Shown piece after piece: positions 1-10,356 of a stretch of 56,930 nucleotides of DNA; the stretch's first letter is position 1; each line of letters opens with the position of its first letter. The notes beneath the pieces are model-generated. The model ran no database searches. It saw only the letters and a list, made by a program, of their open reading frames with translations, and was not told where the DNA came from. A program made the translations under genes and the position numbers. The stretch is from an uncultured virus (IMG/VR IMGVR_UViG_3300042453_005981). Its lineage: Duplodnaviria; Heunggongvirae; Uroviricota; Caudoviricetes. The stretch is taken from IMG/VR virus record IMGVR_UViG_3300042453_005981. One strand, 5' to 3'.

Positions 1-95
1 TCAGAACTTTTAGGAAATTATATTTGGCAAGTAGATCAGTTTTTGCCTGGTTTTGGTTTTACAAAATTTATTTTAAAACATATCAGAAAAAGACA

Positions 96-1235
96 ATGAA
101 AAATATAATCACAAGAAAAAATTGTTTAATTGATCAAAATGAAAATTTAGAAAATCTTCATGTATTTAAGAATGTTCCTGTCTTCATGGGTTGCGTAGAC
201 ACTTGTCCAGAAGATGACCTTAAACATGACATGATTTGGCAAATTGACAAAACTACAGGCTTTATACAATTGAAAGAATTAATTCCACTTGACATTCTGT
301 ATCCAGAAGCTCACAATGCAGGAGCTATAGGCAAAATATGGTCTGAACATCATCGCGCTTTTGCTAATTTTATCAGAAAAACAAATCCAAACCAAGTTTT
401 GGAAATTGGTGGATCTCATGGAATTTTATATGAGAAATATTGTTCTGAAAAAACAATACCTTGGACAATTATAGATTTGAACCCTATTCCGATAGATAAT
501 TGTAAAGCTGTTTTCAAAAAAGATATTTTTGATGAAAATTTCGAATATGATGAAGATTTTGATTGTTTAATTCATAGTCATTTTTATGAACACATTTATG
601 AACCAATGGCAATCATGAAAAAAATGGCATCTTTGATTAAAAAAGATAAAAAAATGATTTTTTCAGTACCAAACATGCAAAAAATGCTAGAAAAAAAATA
701 TAGTAATTGTTTAAATTTTGAACACACTTTCTTTTTGTCAGAACCTTACACCGAATATTTATTATCATTATTTAATTTGAAAATATTAGAAAAAGAATAT
801 TTTTTAGAAGATCATAGCATTTTTTATTGCGTACAGCATGATGAAAACTATGATATAATAGAATTGCCTAATGATTTGTATACTCACAATAAGAATGTTT
901 TTGAAAGTTATGTTAACTATTACCAATCACTCATAATTGATATAAATGAAAAAATTAAAAATTGTGGTCCAGAAAGCATATTTTTATTCGGTGCACATAT
1001 TTTTTCACAAAACTTAATAATGTTTGGTCTCGATGTTTCAAAGATTCGCTGTATTATAGATAACGATGTAGCAAAGCAAGGCAAGAGGTTATATGGCACT
1101 CCTTTTGAAGTTTGCTCTCCAAATATTTTAAAAGATATTGAGAAACCTATAATAGTTTTGAAGGCTGGAGTATATAACGAAGAAATTAAAAACCAAATAA
1201 ATGATCTTAACTCTGAAACACTTTTTTATGAATGA
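96..1235 (+). CDS. Class I SAM-dependent methyltransferase, NDP-sugar C-methyltransferase-like
   Basis: VLEIGGSHG SAM motif, HSHFYEHI, FEHTFF and a C-terminal FLFGAH..IIDND..KQGKRLYG domain typical of sugar C-methyltransferases; ATG at 96 preferred over the TTG at 24. Confidence 0.75.
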   Translation: MKNIITRKNCLIDQNENLENLHVFKNVPVFMGCVDTCPEDDLKHDMIWQIDKTTGFIQLKELIPLDILYPEAHNAGAIGKIWSEHHRAFANFIRKTNPNQVLEIGGSHGILYEKYCSEKTIPWTIIDLNPIPIDNCKAVFKKDIFDENFEYDEDFDCLIHSHFYEHIYEPMAIMKKMASLIKKDKKMIFSVPNMQKMLEKKYSNCLNFEHTFFLSEPYTEYLLSLFNLKILEKEYFLEDHSIFYCVQHDENYDIIELPNDLYTHNKNVFESYVNYYQSLIIDINEKIKNCGPESIFLFGAHIFSQNLIMFGLDVSKIRCIIDNDVAKQGKRLYGTPFEVCSPNILKDIEKPIIVLKAGVYNEEIKNQINDLNSETLFYE

Positions 1236-1937
1236 TTAGACTCTACCAAATTGATCTTCATATCTTGTTATGTCATCTTCAGAGAATTTCTCTCCAGTTT
1301 GAATTTCAATAAAAATCAAATCTGTGTCTCCAGTGTTAACTACTCTATGTTTTTCATTTTTTTTGACCTGACACACAGATCCTTTTTCAATTGGATGTTG
1401 ATTATCTTCAAGAACAAAGATGCCATTCCCCTCAATAATTAACCATAACTCATCACGATGCTGATGAGATTGTAAACTTGATGCTTTTCCTGGCAACACT
1501 TTTATTTCTTTCACGTGATATTTTTTATTATAAGCTAGAGTGGAAAAATTACCCCAAGGTCTTTCTTCACAAGGCTTGATTATTTTTTCAATTTCATCTT
1601 CAGTGATTCCATTTCTATTGGGAGTAAAACTGAAGGCTGTTTTCATGTTTGAGTTGGGCTTAAGATCATTAACAACAATTCTTTCACCTCTTCCGCAACC
1701 CATTACTAATTCATCATAAAATATATTTAACTTTCTTAATTGATCTTCGGTTTGTTTTCTTGTTGAATTTCTTCTACCTGTCGTTAATACAATTTTAGCC
1801 CCGTTTTTTTCAATAGTATCTAAAAACTGCCTTGTCATCGTAATCATTGATAAATTCTGGTCTGAAAGCTGTGCTCTAAGAGAACCATAATGCACCAATA
1901 GCACCCCATCTATGTCAAGAAAGTAAGTTTGTGTCAT
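1236..1937 (-). CDS. HAD phosphatase fused to a mannose-6-phosphate isomerase-type cupin
   Basis: N-terminal FLDIDGVL..LTTGR HAD motifs; C-terminal ERPWG..SLQSHQHRDELW..IEIQTG..EDDITRYED as in the ManC C-terminal cupin; start set by the leaderless promoter motif. Confidence 0.8.
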   Translation of the reverse strand: MTQTYFLDIDGVLLVHYGSLRAQLSDQNLSMITMTRQFLDTIEKNGAKIVLTTGRRNSTRKQTEDQLRKLNIFYDELVMGCGRGERIVVNDLKPNSNMKTAFSFTPNRNGITEDEIEKIIKPCEERPWGNFSTLAYNKKYHVKEIKVLPGKASSLQSHQHRDELWLIIEGNGIFVLEDNQHPIEKGSVCQVKKNEKHRVVNTGDTDLIFIEIQTGEKFSEDDITRYEDQFGRV

Positions 1938-1959
1938 ATAATTGTTGTACAACTAATAG

Positions 1960-2502
1960 ATGCTTTGGGATTTAGCAATTAAAAACATTTGTAAAGAATC
2001 AAATTTAGTTTTAGAATTTGGCGTACACACAGGGAGCACAATCACGTATTTTAGAAATAGACTACCTGCTTTTTATAATTTTTATGGATTTGATAGTTTT
2101 GAGGGTTTACCAGAAGATTGGACTGGAACAGATTTAGAAAAGGGATTTTTCAGTTTGAACGGAGAAGTGCCTGATATTGAAGGAGTTAATTTAGTAAAAG
2201 GTTGGTTCTCTGAAAGTTTACCTAAATGGCTTGAAGGACGTGAGCCTGAAAAAATTGCATTGCTACATATTGATTGTGATTTATATTCTAGCACAAAAAC
2301 AGTTTTAGATAACCTCACTCATATGATTCAACCTGGCACTCTTATTTTATTTGACGAGTGGTTTTACCCAGCACCAGAAAAGTTGAATCAACATGAGCAA
2401 AAAGCATTTTTTGAATGGGTTTTAGCCAATCAAATCGATTTTACTTTTATTGAAAGTAATTATCATGGCGATCAACCCAGAAAGCTAGTGAAGATTAAAT
2501 AA
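1960..2502 (+). CDS. TylF/MycF-like O-methyltransferase
   Basis: LEFGVHTG, FDSFEGLP, VKGWF, LLHIDCDLYSS, FDE motifs. Confidence 0.8.
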   Translation: MLWDLAIKNICKESNLVLEFGVHTGSTITYFRNRLPAFYNFYGFDSFEGLPEDWTGTDLEKGFFSLNGEVPDIEGVNLVKGWFSESLPKWLEGREPEKIALLHIDCDLYSSTKTVLDNLTHMIQPGTLILFDEWFYPAPEKLNQHEQKAFFEWVLANQIDFTFIESNYHGDQPRKLVKIK

Positions 2503-3367
2503 TCTTGCCGAATAATTCAACAAGATAATCTATATCAAAATATTTATTATATGTGACATAAGGTTGCATCAAATAATAAATATATAGGTCTTTGTCGTTG
2601 TTAATTTCAATTACTTTATCTGCAAGTTCATCAAAATCTTTGAATGCTTTAACGTTAAGAAAACTTTCGCTATTAAAGTCATCATTAATCAAATCACTGC
2701 CCCAATAAATAGGAATACAATTTGCTATCATTGGTTCAAAAATCTTTTCTGTAGTGTACCCTTTGTAGCCATTGAATTCATCATTGTTTTCAATAGCAAA
2801 GCAAAACTTGTATTGTCTAAGAAAATCAATTTTAGCTTGTGATCCTGTAATGGCACCAGGCTCTCCTGGTATGACTGGGTGGTTGTTCATGTGTCTACCT
2901 GCACAGTCAACATGCATCCTGGTCAAAAAATGATTAACAATTGCTTCTCTGGGACATTTGCCACCCGCACCTTGTGAAATGTATGTAATCAGTTTAGATT
3001 TTTCATTTAAAATTTCTTTTGTGTAATCTCTTGTTAAAATTGATTTATAAGATTTTGTTATTCCGAATTTCCATAAATCATAGGCATATAGCGGATACAA
3101 AGGTAGCCTTAAATGTGTCTCACTGTCCACATAAAATGAAGTAAGTGCATAATCACATGCGCCTGAGTTGAAAAAAGGCTCTCCGCTAAAATAGACAGCC
3201 TTAGCATTGCCATTTTTTTGGAAATTAGGTGAATCAGTGAAAATAATATCAGGATTTTCACTTGTCACTTCTACGTCATGTGTTTGGCTTAAAACCCAAA
3301 CAAAAAAGTTATCCTTCTTATCGAAGGTGCCCCAGAAACTATCGAACCATACTTTTAATTTTTTCAT
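2495..3367 (-). CDS. Alpha-1,3-fucosyltransferase-like glycosyltransferase (GT10)
   Basis: YKFCFAIEN..GYTTEKIFEPM..CIPIYWG GT10 signature. Confidence 0.85.
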   Translation of the reverse strand: MKKLKVWFDSFWGTFDKKDNFFVWVLSQTHDVEVTSENPDIIFTDSPNFQKNGNAKAVYFSGEPFFNSGACDYALTSFYVDSETHLRLPLYPLYAYDLWKFGITKSYKSILTRDYTKEILNEKSKLITYISQGAGGKCPREAIVNHFLTRMHVDCAGRHMNNHPVIPGEPGAITGSQAKIDFLRQYKFCFAIENNDEFNGYKGYTTEKIFEPMIANCIPIYWGSDLINDDFNSESFLNVKAFKDFDELADKVIEINNDKDLYIYYLMQPYVTYNKYFDIDYLVELFGKII

Positions 3368-3369
3368 AT

Positions 3370-3999
3370 TTAATAAAACCCATTAACTATAATTGAAGGT
3401 GAGTCATCACAAGAACACACTGGAGGATAAACAGCATAAATCTTTTTATCACTCCTCATGATTACACCATCCGCTGTATTCATTTTTTTAACTTGCGATT
3501 CATAAAGATCACAAGCTATATTAGACGTTCTGATAACATAAGCTGAAGTTCCAGCTCTTGTATATTTATCAGTGTACGGACTTGCTAAATGCGGAGTAGT
3601 GTACAAATCACAATCAGCTGTGAACAATGCCAAAATATCATAATCAGAATTTAAAGCAATTTCTAAATTTGATAATGTATTAAAAACAGAGTCGTCCTCT
3701 AAAATCAAACAATTACTTAAATTTTCATTAGCAATTATTTGATAAATCAACATGTGTGCCAAAGCACAAGCAACTTGACCATCACTTAATGGATCAAGCA
3801 AAGGAATATCATTAGGTATACTTGGTAGATTATGTACGGCTAAGCCATCTTTAGAAACACAATTCAAACCTTGCATTACAAATTGACACAATCTATAATT
3901 TAAACCTTCCCATCTTTCATTAAATGCTTGAAATCTTTGAGACTCAGGGTGAGCAATTACAAATACGTTTTCAAAATAATTATTGATTATATGATTCAT
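3370..3999 (-). CDS. Glycosyltransferase, GT25-like
   Basis: GQVACALAH..CLILEDD..GTSAYVI..AD pattern. Confidence 0.7.
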   Translation of the reverse strand: MNHIINNYFENVFVIAHPESQRFQAFNERWEGLNYRLCQFVMQGLNCVSKDGLAVHNLPSIPNDIPLLDPLSDGQVACALAHMLIYQIIANENLSNCLILEDDSVFNTLSNLEIALNSDYDILALFTADCDLYTTPHLASPYTDKYTRAGTSAYVIRTSNIACDLYESQVKKMNTADGVIMRSDKKIYAVYPPVCSCDDSPSIIVNGFY

Positions 4000-4706
4000 T
4001 GTTCACCGAAGTAATTATTATAAAAGTTTTTTACCAAATTTAACGATTCTTTGCTCATTTCATTTAAAACATATTCTTTTTGTTTAAGAAATTTAACAGC
4101 AGAATGGGAATTCATAGTAAATTTATATTTACTCCTCACTCTTTTTGACCATTCAACATCTTCTGCCTCACCCCATATCAAATTTTCATTAAGCGGAAAT
4201 TCTTGCATTACATTTTTTTTTGCCACCCAATAAAACCCAGGAATGTACATAATTTTTGAAAACTCTTGATCATAAGGTAAGAGTTGTTCGGCATTTGGCA
4301 ACTGATAATCTTGATAATAAACCAACCAATCTATATTTCTTTTTCCATCGAGATTGTGTACACGGTTCATGCACACTTGAAAGTCATTACCAAACTTTAA
4401 AAATCCTTCATACCAGCCATTTTCTAAAACAATATAATCATGCATTAAAACTATATTTTCATATTTTGCGTTTTCTACAATCAAATTTTTTTTCTTTGTG
4501 ATCCATCCAGTTTTTTGTGTTTCGTCAAAATGAATATAATCATCATAGAGGTTTTCACATAACCAATCTTTGTTCAAATTATCATAGATATCTCCAATGA
4601 ATATTATTTGTTTATTTGGTATTTTCTGATTTTTAATTTGATTATAAATAATTGGATGTAAGTGTTTATTTTCTTTAGTCACACAAATTCCAAAAGTAAA
4701 ATCCAT
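3996..4706 (-). CDS. GT-A fold glycosyltransferase
   Basis: FTFGI N-terminus, WITKKKNLIV..IVLMHDY, WGEAEDVEWS; located in the glycan cluster. Confidence 0.6.
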   Translation of the reverse strand: MDFTFGICVTKENKHLHPIIYNQIKNQKIPNKQIIFIGDIYDNLNKDWLCENLYDDYIHFDETQKTGWITKKKNLIVENAKYENIVLMHDYIVLENGWYEGFLKFGNDFQVCMNRVHNLDGKRNIDWLVYYQDYQLPNAEQLLPYDQEFSKIMYIPGFYWVAKKNVMQEFPLNENLIWGEAEDVEWSKRVRSKYKFTMNSHSAVKFLKQKEYVLNEMSKESLNLVKNFYNNYFGEQ

Positions 4707-4726
4707 TTACATATTGTACAATTTAC

Positions 4727-5356
4727 ATGATGAGCGAATTCTACAGTCAATACGGTCAAGACCAATATATTTACGAAACTTTCTTCAAAAACAAAACGGA
4801 CGGAGTATTTGTAGATATAGGAGCTTATGATGGAATAAAACTTTCTAATAGTTACTTTTTTGAAAAACTAGGTTGGACAGGTTTTTGTTTTGAGCCAGTA
4901 GATGACGCTTTTCAAAAATTAATATCGAATAGATCTCACTCTAAATGCTTTAACTGTGCAATTGGACATGAAAATAAAAAAGTACAATTCTTGAAAGTAG
5001 TTGGAAACGCAGATATGCTCAGTGGCGTATTAGATTATTATGATGCAAATCATATGTTTAGAATAAACAAAGAAACTTATGAATCAAATGGAGAACAAAT
5101 TGGAATTGAAGTTGAAATGTTCACGCTTGATCATTTCCTTCCTATAAATTCTCCAATTGATTATTTGTCAATTGATACTGAAGGTGGTGAATCTAAAATA
5201 TTAAAAAATATTTTAGAAAATTTCAATCCAAAAATCATTTCTGTAGAAGTGAATTATGAAGCAGATTCAAAGAAACTTTTTGAAGTTCTTGACAAACAAT
5301 ATGAGGTAGTTAAAAATTTAGGATGCGATCTTATTTTAAAGGATAAAAAATGGTAG
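4727..5356 (+). CDS. FkbM family methyltransferase
   Basis: SQYGQD..FVDIGAYDG..SNS..FEP..IDYLSIDTEGGE. Confidence 0.85.
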   Translation: MMSEFYSQYGQDQYIYETFFKNKTDGVFVDIGAYDGIKLSNSYFFEKLGWTGFCFEPVDDAFQKLISNRSHSKCFNCAIGHENKKVQFLKVVGNADMLSGVLDYYDANHMFRINKETYESNGEQIGIEVEMFTLDHFLPINSPIDYLSIDTEGGESKILKNILENFNPKIISVEVNYEADSKKLFEVLDKQYEVVKNLGCDLILKDKKW

Positions 5357-6156
5357 TTACATATATAGAAGGCGGATTAGGCAACATGTTATTTCAACTT
5401 TGCTTCAGCTATGCTAAGGCAAAAGAAAATAACACGACATTTCATACATTGAATTATAGAGAAAATCTTGATATTATCAAGGATAAACATAAAGCTGATA
5501 TTGAATCTTATGAAAAAACGATTCTCAGAAATTTCAGTATTTCTCCTCCTCCACTGCTGTATCAAGCACAAATTCAACATTTTTGCCCTTTTAATTTTGA
5601 AGAAATTCCTTATGAGCCAGATTGTTACAATTTGTATAAAGGGTATTTTCAATCAGAAAAGTATTTTGAAAAAAGCCAAGAAGATTTAGCACAAATTTTT
5701 CAACCAACCGAAGAAATCATTGACCACATGAAAGAAAAATACCCTTTTCTTTTTACTTTAGATTGTGTGGCTTTGCACATTAGACGAGGAGATTATTTGC
5801 AATTACCAAATCATCATCCAATTGTTCCCACCGATCATTATCATAAAGCATTAAAGAAACTTGGTGATTTTGAAAAAATCTTAGTGTTTACAAATGATAT
5901 GGATTGGTGCTACAAGAATTTTGTAGAATCGCGAGCTATTTTCATTGAAGAGTCAGATTGGATGAGTTTATATCTTATGAGCTTTTGCACTAAGCATGTT
6001 ATTGCTAATTCATCTTTTTCTTGGTGGGGTGCAAAATTAGCTGAGATGTTTTTCCCAGAAAAAAACATCGAAGTAGTTGCTCCTCCAGTGTGGTTTGGAC
6101 CTGCTGTTGATGGCGATGAAAAAGATTTAGTTCCATCAAGATGGATGAAAGTGTAA
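5350..6156 (+). CDS. Alpha-1,2-fucosyltransferase-like glycosyltransferase (GT11)
   Basis: GGLGNMLFQ, GYFQSEKYF, HIRRGDY, IANSSFSWWGA. Confidence 0.9.
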   Translation: MVVTYIEGGLGNMLFQLCFSYAKAKENNTTFHTLNYRENLDIIKDKHKADIESYEKTILRNFSISPPPLLYQAQIQHFCPFNFEEIPYEPDCYNLYKGYFQSEKYFEKSQEDLAQIFQPTEEIIDHMKEKYPFLFTLDCVALHIRRGDYLQLPNHHPIVPTDHYHKALKKLGDFEKILVFTNDMDWCYKNFVESRAIFIEESDWMSLYLMSFCTKHVIANSSFSWWGAKLAEMFFPEKNIEVVAPPVWFGPAVDGDEKDLVPSRWMKV

Positions 6157-6800
6157 TGACTAAATTAGATTTGTTTAATAACACACATGTAATATCTTTA
6201 GCACATAGATTGGATAGAAGAAGTGTCATAGCTAAGCAATTTGAGTTATATCAAATTCCTTATTCTTTTTTTGATGCTATCAATGGACATGAATTAGATT
6301 ATAATGGTCCGTTGTTAAAAGGCGAGGAGGGTGTAAGATTATCACATATTGAGTTATTAAACAAATCAATCAAAAACAATGAAAAATCACTTTTTATTTT
6401 TGAAGATGATGTTGAGTTTTCAGAAAGCTTTAACGAAGATTTACACAGAGCTTTAAATGTAGTTCCTGATAATTTTGATATGTTATATTTGGGGGCTTCA
6501 CATCATCTAAAGCCAGAATTAGTAAAAGATAACTTATATAAAATTTCACATTCTTACACCGCACATGCACTTTGTATAAAAAACAACCTTTTTGCACCAC
6601 TCAGAGACACAATCTCAAACAATAAAAATTTACCAGTGGATGTAATTTATGCATTAGTTCAACCGCAAGTAAATGCATTTGCTATTTATCCACATCTTGC
6701 ATGGCAATTCAACAGTTATTCAGACATACAAAACAAATTTGTTGATTATGAATTCCTTAAAAAAGAATTTGTTAGATTTGAAAATCAAACTATTCTTTGA
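6156..6800 (+). CDS. Glycosyltransferase GT25
   Basis: VISL..RLDRR..FFDAING..LSH..IFEDDV..DMLYLG. Confidence 0.8.
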   Translation: MTKLDLFNNTHVISLAHRLDRRSVIAKQFELYQIPYSFFDAINGHELDYNGPLLKGEEGVRLSHIELLNKSIKNNEKSLFIFEDDVEFSESFNEDLHRALNVVPDNFDMLYLGASHHLKPELVKDNLYKISHSYTAHALCIKNNLFAPLRDTISNNKNLPVDVIYALVQPQVNAFAIYPHLAWQFNSYSDIQNKFVDYEFLKKEFVRFENQTIL

Positions 6801-7420
6801 GCTTCCCAATTATGTTCTCTTGGCGCTAAATTCACAATATATGTTGGAGAGTTCTGCATGAATTGGTATTGACACCCAGCATTTACGGCGTTCACAATAA
6901 ATTCCCAATCATGACCATAATTTCTTGTGTGAGCTGGTAATTTTTTAACCATATCATTACTCACACATAATTCTGAATGCCCTATTTTGCTTGGGGCAAG
7001 CTCTGGAACTCTTAACTCAAGAATTCCATTACCTCTATCTATACTCGTGTTAAAAAGCCCAAAATCTTTTCCGCTTTTAGCAGACATCTCATAGTAAAGC
7101 TCAAAATGATTGTTGAAAATATTATCATCATTACTCAGAAACATAAAAAAATCACCAGTGCAATTTTTCATAGCGTAGTTAATTGCTTGACAAGAAGTGC
7201 CATCATGTGTGTCAAAGTTTTTAACAATCATTCTATCACCAATAATTTTTTTAAAAAACGCAAAATCTTCACTTGCCACAATTTTATCAAAAACAGGGCA
7301 TTTATCTCCTAAGAAAAAAAATTCATAGTCGTCTAAAGTTTGCAAACTTATAGAATTCAATAATCTAAGAGTAAGCATTTCTCTACCCCAACTTGGAAGA
7401 ACTACACTTAATTTTGCCAT
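6785..7420 (-). CDS. Glycosyltransferase GT2-like
   Basis: LSVVLPSWGR..SISLQT..AINYAM..GDFFMFLSNDD..GHDWEF. Confidence 0.75.
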   Translation of the reverse strand: MAKLSVVLPSWGREMLTLRLLNSISLQTLDDYEFFFLGDKCPVFDKIVASEDFAFFKKIIGDRMIVKNFDTHDGTSCQAINYAMKNCTGDFFMFLSNDDNIFNNHFELYYEMSAKSGKDFGLFNTSIDRGNGILELRVPELAPSKIGHSELCVSNDMVKKLPAHTRNYGHDWEFIVNAVNAGCQYQFMQNSPTYIVNLAPREHNWEAQRIV

Positions 7421-7447
7421 TAAATTATTATACTGTAAAATACATTC

Positions 7448-8383
7448 ATGATAAAACGAGAGTTCAAAAAAATTTTAGTTACAGGAGGGGCAGGATTTAT
7501 TGGAAGTTATTTTGTTGATTTGTGCTTAGAAAAAAATATTTTTGTAATTAATTATGACGCATTAAAAACAGGAAGCATGCTTGAACATGGACCTCTTAAA
7601 AAACATCAAAATTATCATTTCATGCCATTTGATGTTTCAAACCCACAATTAATTATTCCAGAAGACATTGAGGCAATTGTTCATTTTGCGGCTGAAACAC
7701 ATGTAGATAGAAGTGTAACAAACCCATTTTCATTTGTTCAATCAAATGTTGTGGGGACATATAATCTTTTGGAAAAATGCAAAGACAAAAACATTTGGTT
7801 TCATTTAGTTTCTACTGATGAAGTGTATGGAGATATATGGGGAACAAAAAGGTCTACAGAAACTGATCCTATTAATTGCTCTTCTCCTTATTCTGCTACT
7901 AAGTCGGCCTCTGAGCAATTAGTTATTGCATATGGGCGCACCTATGGCTTAAAGTACACAATCACAAGAGGTTGCAACACTGTGGGTGGAAGACAGAACA
8001 ACGAGAAATTAATTCCTAAATTTGTGTACAATGCTAAAAACAATTTACCTTTGCCAGTTTATGGCAACGGAGAAGCAATTAGGCAGTACATTCATGTCAC
8101 TGATCATGCAGAAGCAATTTACGCTGTTCTTACTAAAGGAATGCTTAATAACATTTTTAATGTGGGCACAGATGCTAAGTTTTCAATTAATGAAATTGTT
8201 AATATCATAAAAGAATTTTATCCTAATTTAACTATCACAGATAAAGAAAACAGACCTGGGCATGATCTGCGATATTGTATGAATTGTGGGCTCATTCAAG
8301 CCTGGGTAACATGGCAACCAAAAATAAAAGGCAAAGATATTATTCTTAAATCTATTTCAGAATTGTGTAATTCTTACGTATAA
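7448..8383 (+). CDS. rmlB: dTDP-glucose 4,6-dehydratase
   Basis: TGGAGFIGS, HFAAETHVDRS, VSTDEVYG, SPYSATK, RPGHDLRY. Confidence 0.92.
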   Translation: MIKREFKKILVTGGAGFIGSYFVDLCLEKNIFVINYDALKTGSMLEHGPLKKHQNYHFMPFDVSNPQLIIPEDIEAIVHFAAETHVDRSVTNPFSFVQSNVVGTYNLLEKCKDKNIWFHLVSTDEVYGDIWGTKRSTETDPINCSSPYSATKSASEQLVIAYGRTYGLKYTITRGCNTVGGRQNNEKLIPKFVYNAKNNLPLPVYGNGEAIRQYIHVTDHAEAIYAVLTKGMLNNIFNVGTDAKFSINEIVNIIKEFYPNLTITDKENRPGHDLRYCMNCGLIQAWVTWQPKIKGKDIILKSISELCNSYV

Positions 8384-8413
8384 TAAATATATCAATGAAA
8401 AAGGAGAAAAAAG

Positions 8414-8620
8414 ATGCAGACACAATTTTCAGGCTTAAGAGTTGGCTTAATGGTCAAAAACAAAAAAACATCCAAGAATTGGATGATAACAGATCTAATT
8501 ACATCTTTTTCCTCTGTGAAAAAACAAATTCCTGACGAATTTAAGGTGCGTTTATCTAATGGTTCTGGAAAAACTTTAATCGTAACTGTTGATAATTTAA
8601 ATAAAAACTACACCTGGTAA
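8414..8620 (+). CDS. Hypothetical protein
   Basis: Short ORF with AGGAG Shine-Dalgarno upstream. Confidence 0.55.
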   Translation: MQTQFSGLRVGLMVKNKKTSKNWMITDLITSFSSVKKQIPDEFKVRLSNGSGKTLIVTVDNLNKNYTW

Positions 8621-8626
8621 CCGCTT

Positions 8627-9025
8627 ATGCATTTAATAGACAAATCACATACAGAACATTTTAATTATTATGGTCCTTATCCCGCAAAACAAAAAACAAA
8701 AGATGGATATATATGGTATATGAATCGTGGGAATACTTATTTTTTAACTCATGATGGTTTAACTCGCAACATAGCTGATTTTTACTACAGAGAAGGTGGC
8801 TGGATACGTGAACCTATATCTGTCCAAGATTTAAGTGAAGCAAAATTTCCAGAAGGGTTTATATGCAAAGGCATTCCACCAGATTGTGCTAAAGGCACTC
8901 ATACACAAGAATGGAATATTTTAGATTATCTTAACCATGAATCAAGTACAGAGCTAATTGTTGATTTAATTATTACAGCACAAAAGATGATTAAAAATCA
9001 AGACAAAGAAACATCAAACATTTAA
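8627..9025 (+). CDS. Hypothetical protein
   Basis: 132-aa ORF filling the gap; no recognised motif. Confidence 0.6.
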   Translation: MHLIDKSHTEHFNYYGPYPAKQKTKDGYIWYMNRGNTYFLTHDGLTRNIADFYYREGGWIREPISVQDLSEAKFPEGFICKGIPPDCAKGTHTQEWNILDYLNHESSTELIVDLIITAQKMIKNQDKETSNI

Positions 9026-9099
9026 GTTTTCTCGTATAATAATTATGTCAAAAAATTTTTCTTGTATTTGTTAAAATTTATTGATAATCGGTAAACATC

Positions 9100-10332
9100 A
9101 TGTCATTAATTGAAAAAGGAAAACTTAGAATTGAATGGGCAGCAAGAGAAATGCCTGTTCTTGAATCAATCTATCAAAAATTTCTCCAAGAACAACCTTT
9201 CACTGGGAAAAGTGTTGCTGCTTGTATGCATATCACCACTGAAACAGCAAATCTAATTAAAACTTTAGCTGCGGGAGGGGCTACAATTTATCTTTGTGCT
9301 TCCAATCCACTTTCTACACAAGATGACGTAGTTGAGGCTCTCAATTCTGAAGATAATATTCATGTATTTGCCAAACATGGTGATGACACTGAATCCTACT
9401 ATTCTCATATCAAAAAAGTTTTGAGTTACAAGCCACATCTTGTTATGGATGATGGCTGCGATTTGGTCAATTATTTGTATACTCAAGAGCCACTTCTTTT
9501 AGAAAACGTAATTGGTGGAACCGAAGAAACTACTACAGGAGTTCAAAGACTCACTGCTATGGAAAAAGATGGCATTTTGAAATATCCAATTATTTGTGTT
9601 AATGATGCCCTCACAAAACATATGTTCGATAATCAGTATGGCACAGGACAATCAACAATAGATGGTATTATACGTGCGACAAATATTCTTCTTGCTGGAA
9701 AAGTAGTGGTAGTGGCTGGGTATGGTTGGTGTGGAAAAGGTTTAGCTGCTAAAGCCAAAGGTATGGGCGCTAGAGTGGTTATTACTGAAGTGGATCCAAT
9801 TAAAGCATTGCAAGCTCACATGGATGGATTTGATGTTTTAACAATGGATGTAGCTTCTGCTTGTGGTGAAATATTCATTACTGTGACTGGTAACAAAAAT
9901 GTTATTGACGTTAAACATTTCAAACAAATGAAAGATGGAGCAATTTTATGCAATTCTGGTCATTTTGATTCTGAAATAAACATTAAAGGTTTAGAAGAAT
10001 TTTCATTAAGCTTTAGACCTGTAAAAGATAATATAGAAGAATATACCTTAGAAGAAGGTAGAAAAATTTATGTACTTGGTGAAGGAAGGCTTGTAAATCT
10101 TGCGTGTGCAGAAGGACATCCGTCGTGCGTTATGGATATGTCTTTCGCTAACCAAGCTTTATGTGCACAATTTTTATGTGCAGATTCAAATTTGCAACCA
10201 GGCTTGTATACAGTGCCAGCGGATATTGATCAACTTGTTGCTGAACTTAAACTGCAATCCTTAGATTTGCAAATTGATGAACTTACTGAAGAGCAATTCA
10301 ACTACATTAATAGCTGGCAAGAAGGCACTTAA
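9100..10332 (+). CDS. ahcY: Adenosylhomocysteinase (SAH hydrolase)
   Basis: CMHITTETA, SNPLSTQD, DDGCD, EETTTG, KHMFDNQYGTGQS, GYGWCGKG, GRLVNL..GHP..MDMSF. Confidence 0.96.
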   Translation: MSLIEKGKLRIEWAAREMPVLESIYQKFLQEQPFTGKSVAACMHITTETANLIKTLAAGGATIYLCASNPLSTQDDVVEALNSEDNIHVFAKHGDDTESYYSHIKKVLSYKPHLVMDDGCDLVNYLYTQEPLLLENVIGGTEETTTGVQRLTAMEKDGILKYPIICVNDALTKHMFDNQYGTGQSTIDGIIRATNILLAGKVVVVAGYGWCGKGLAAKAKGMGARVVITEVDPIKALQAHMDGFDVLTMDVASACGEIFITVTGNKNVIDVKHFKQMKDGAILCNSGHFDSEINIKGLEEFSLSFRPVKDNIEEYTLEEGRKIYVLGEGRLVNLACAEGHPSCVMDMSFANQALCAQFLCADSNLQPGLYTVPADIDQLVAELKLQSLDLQIDELTEEQFNYINSWQEGT

Positions 10333-10356
10333 TACAATACTAAAGAATAAAATATT

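Noticed and set aside
9026..9099. SAH or SAM riboswitch upstream of ahcY
   Set aside because: The region is short and very AT-rich with no recognisable aptamer stems
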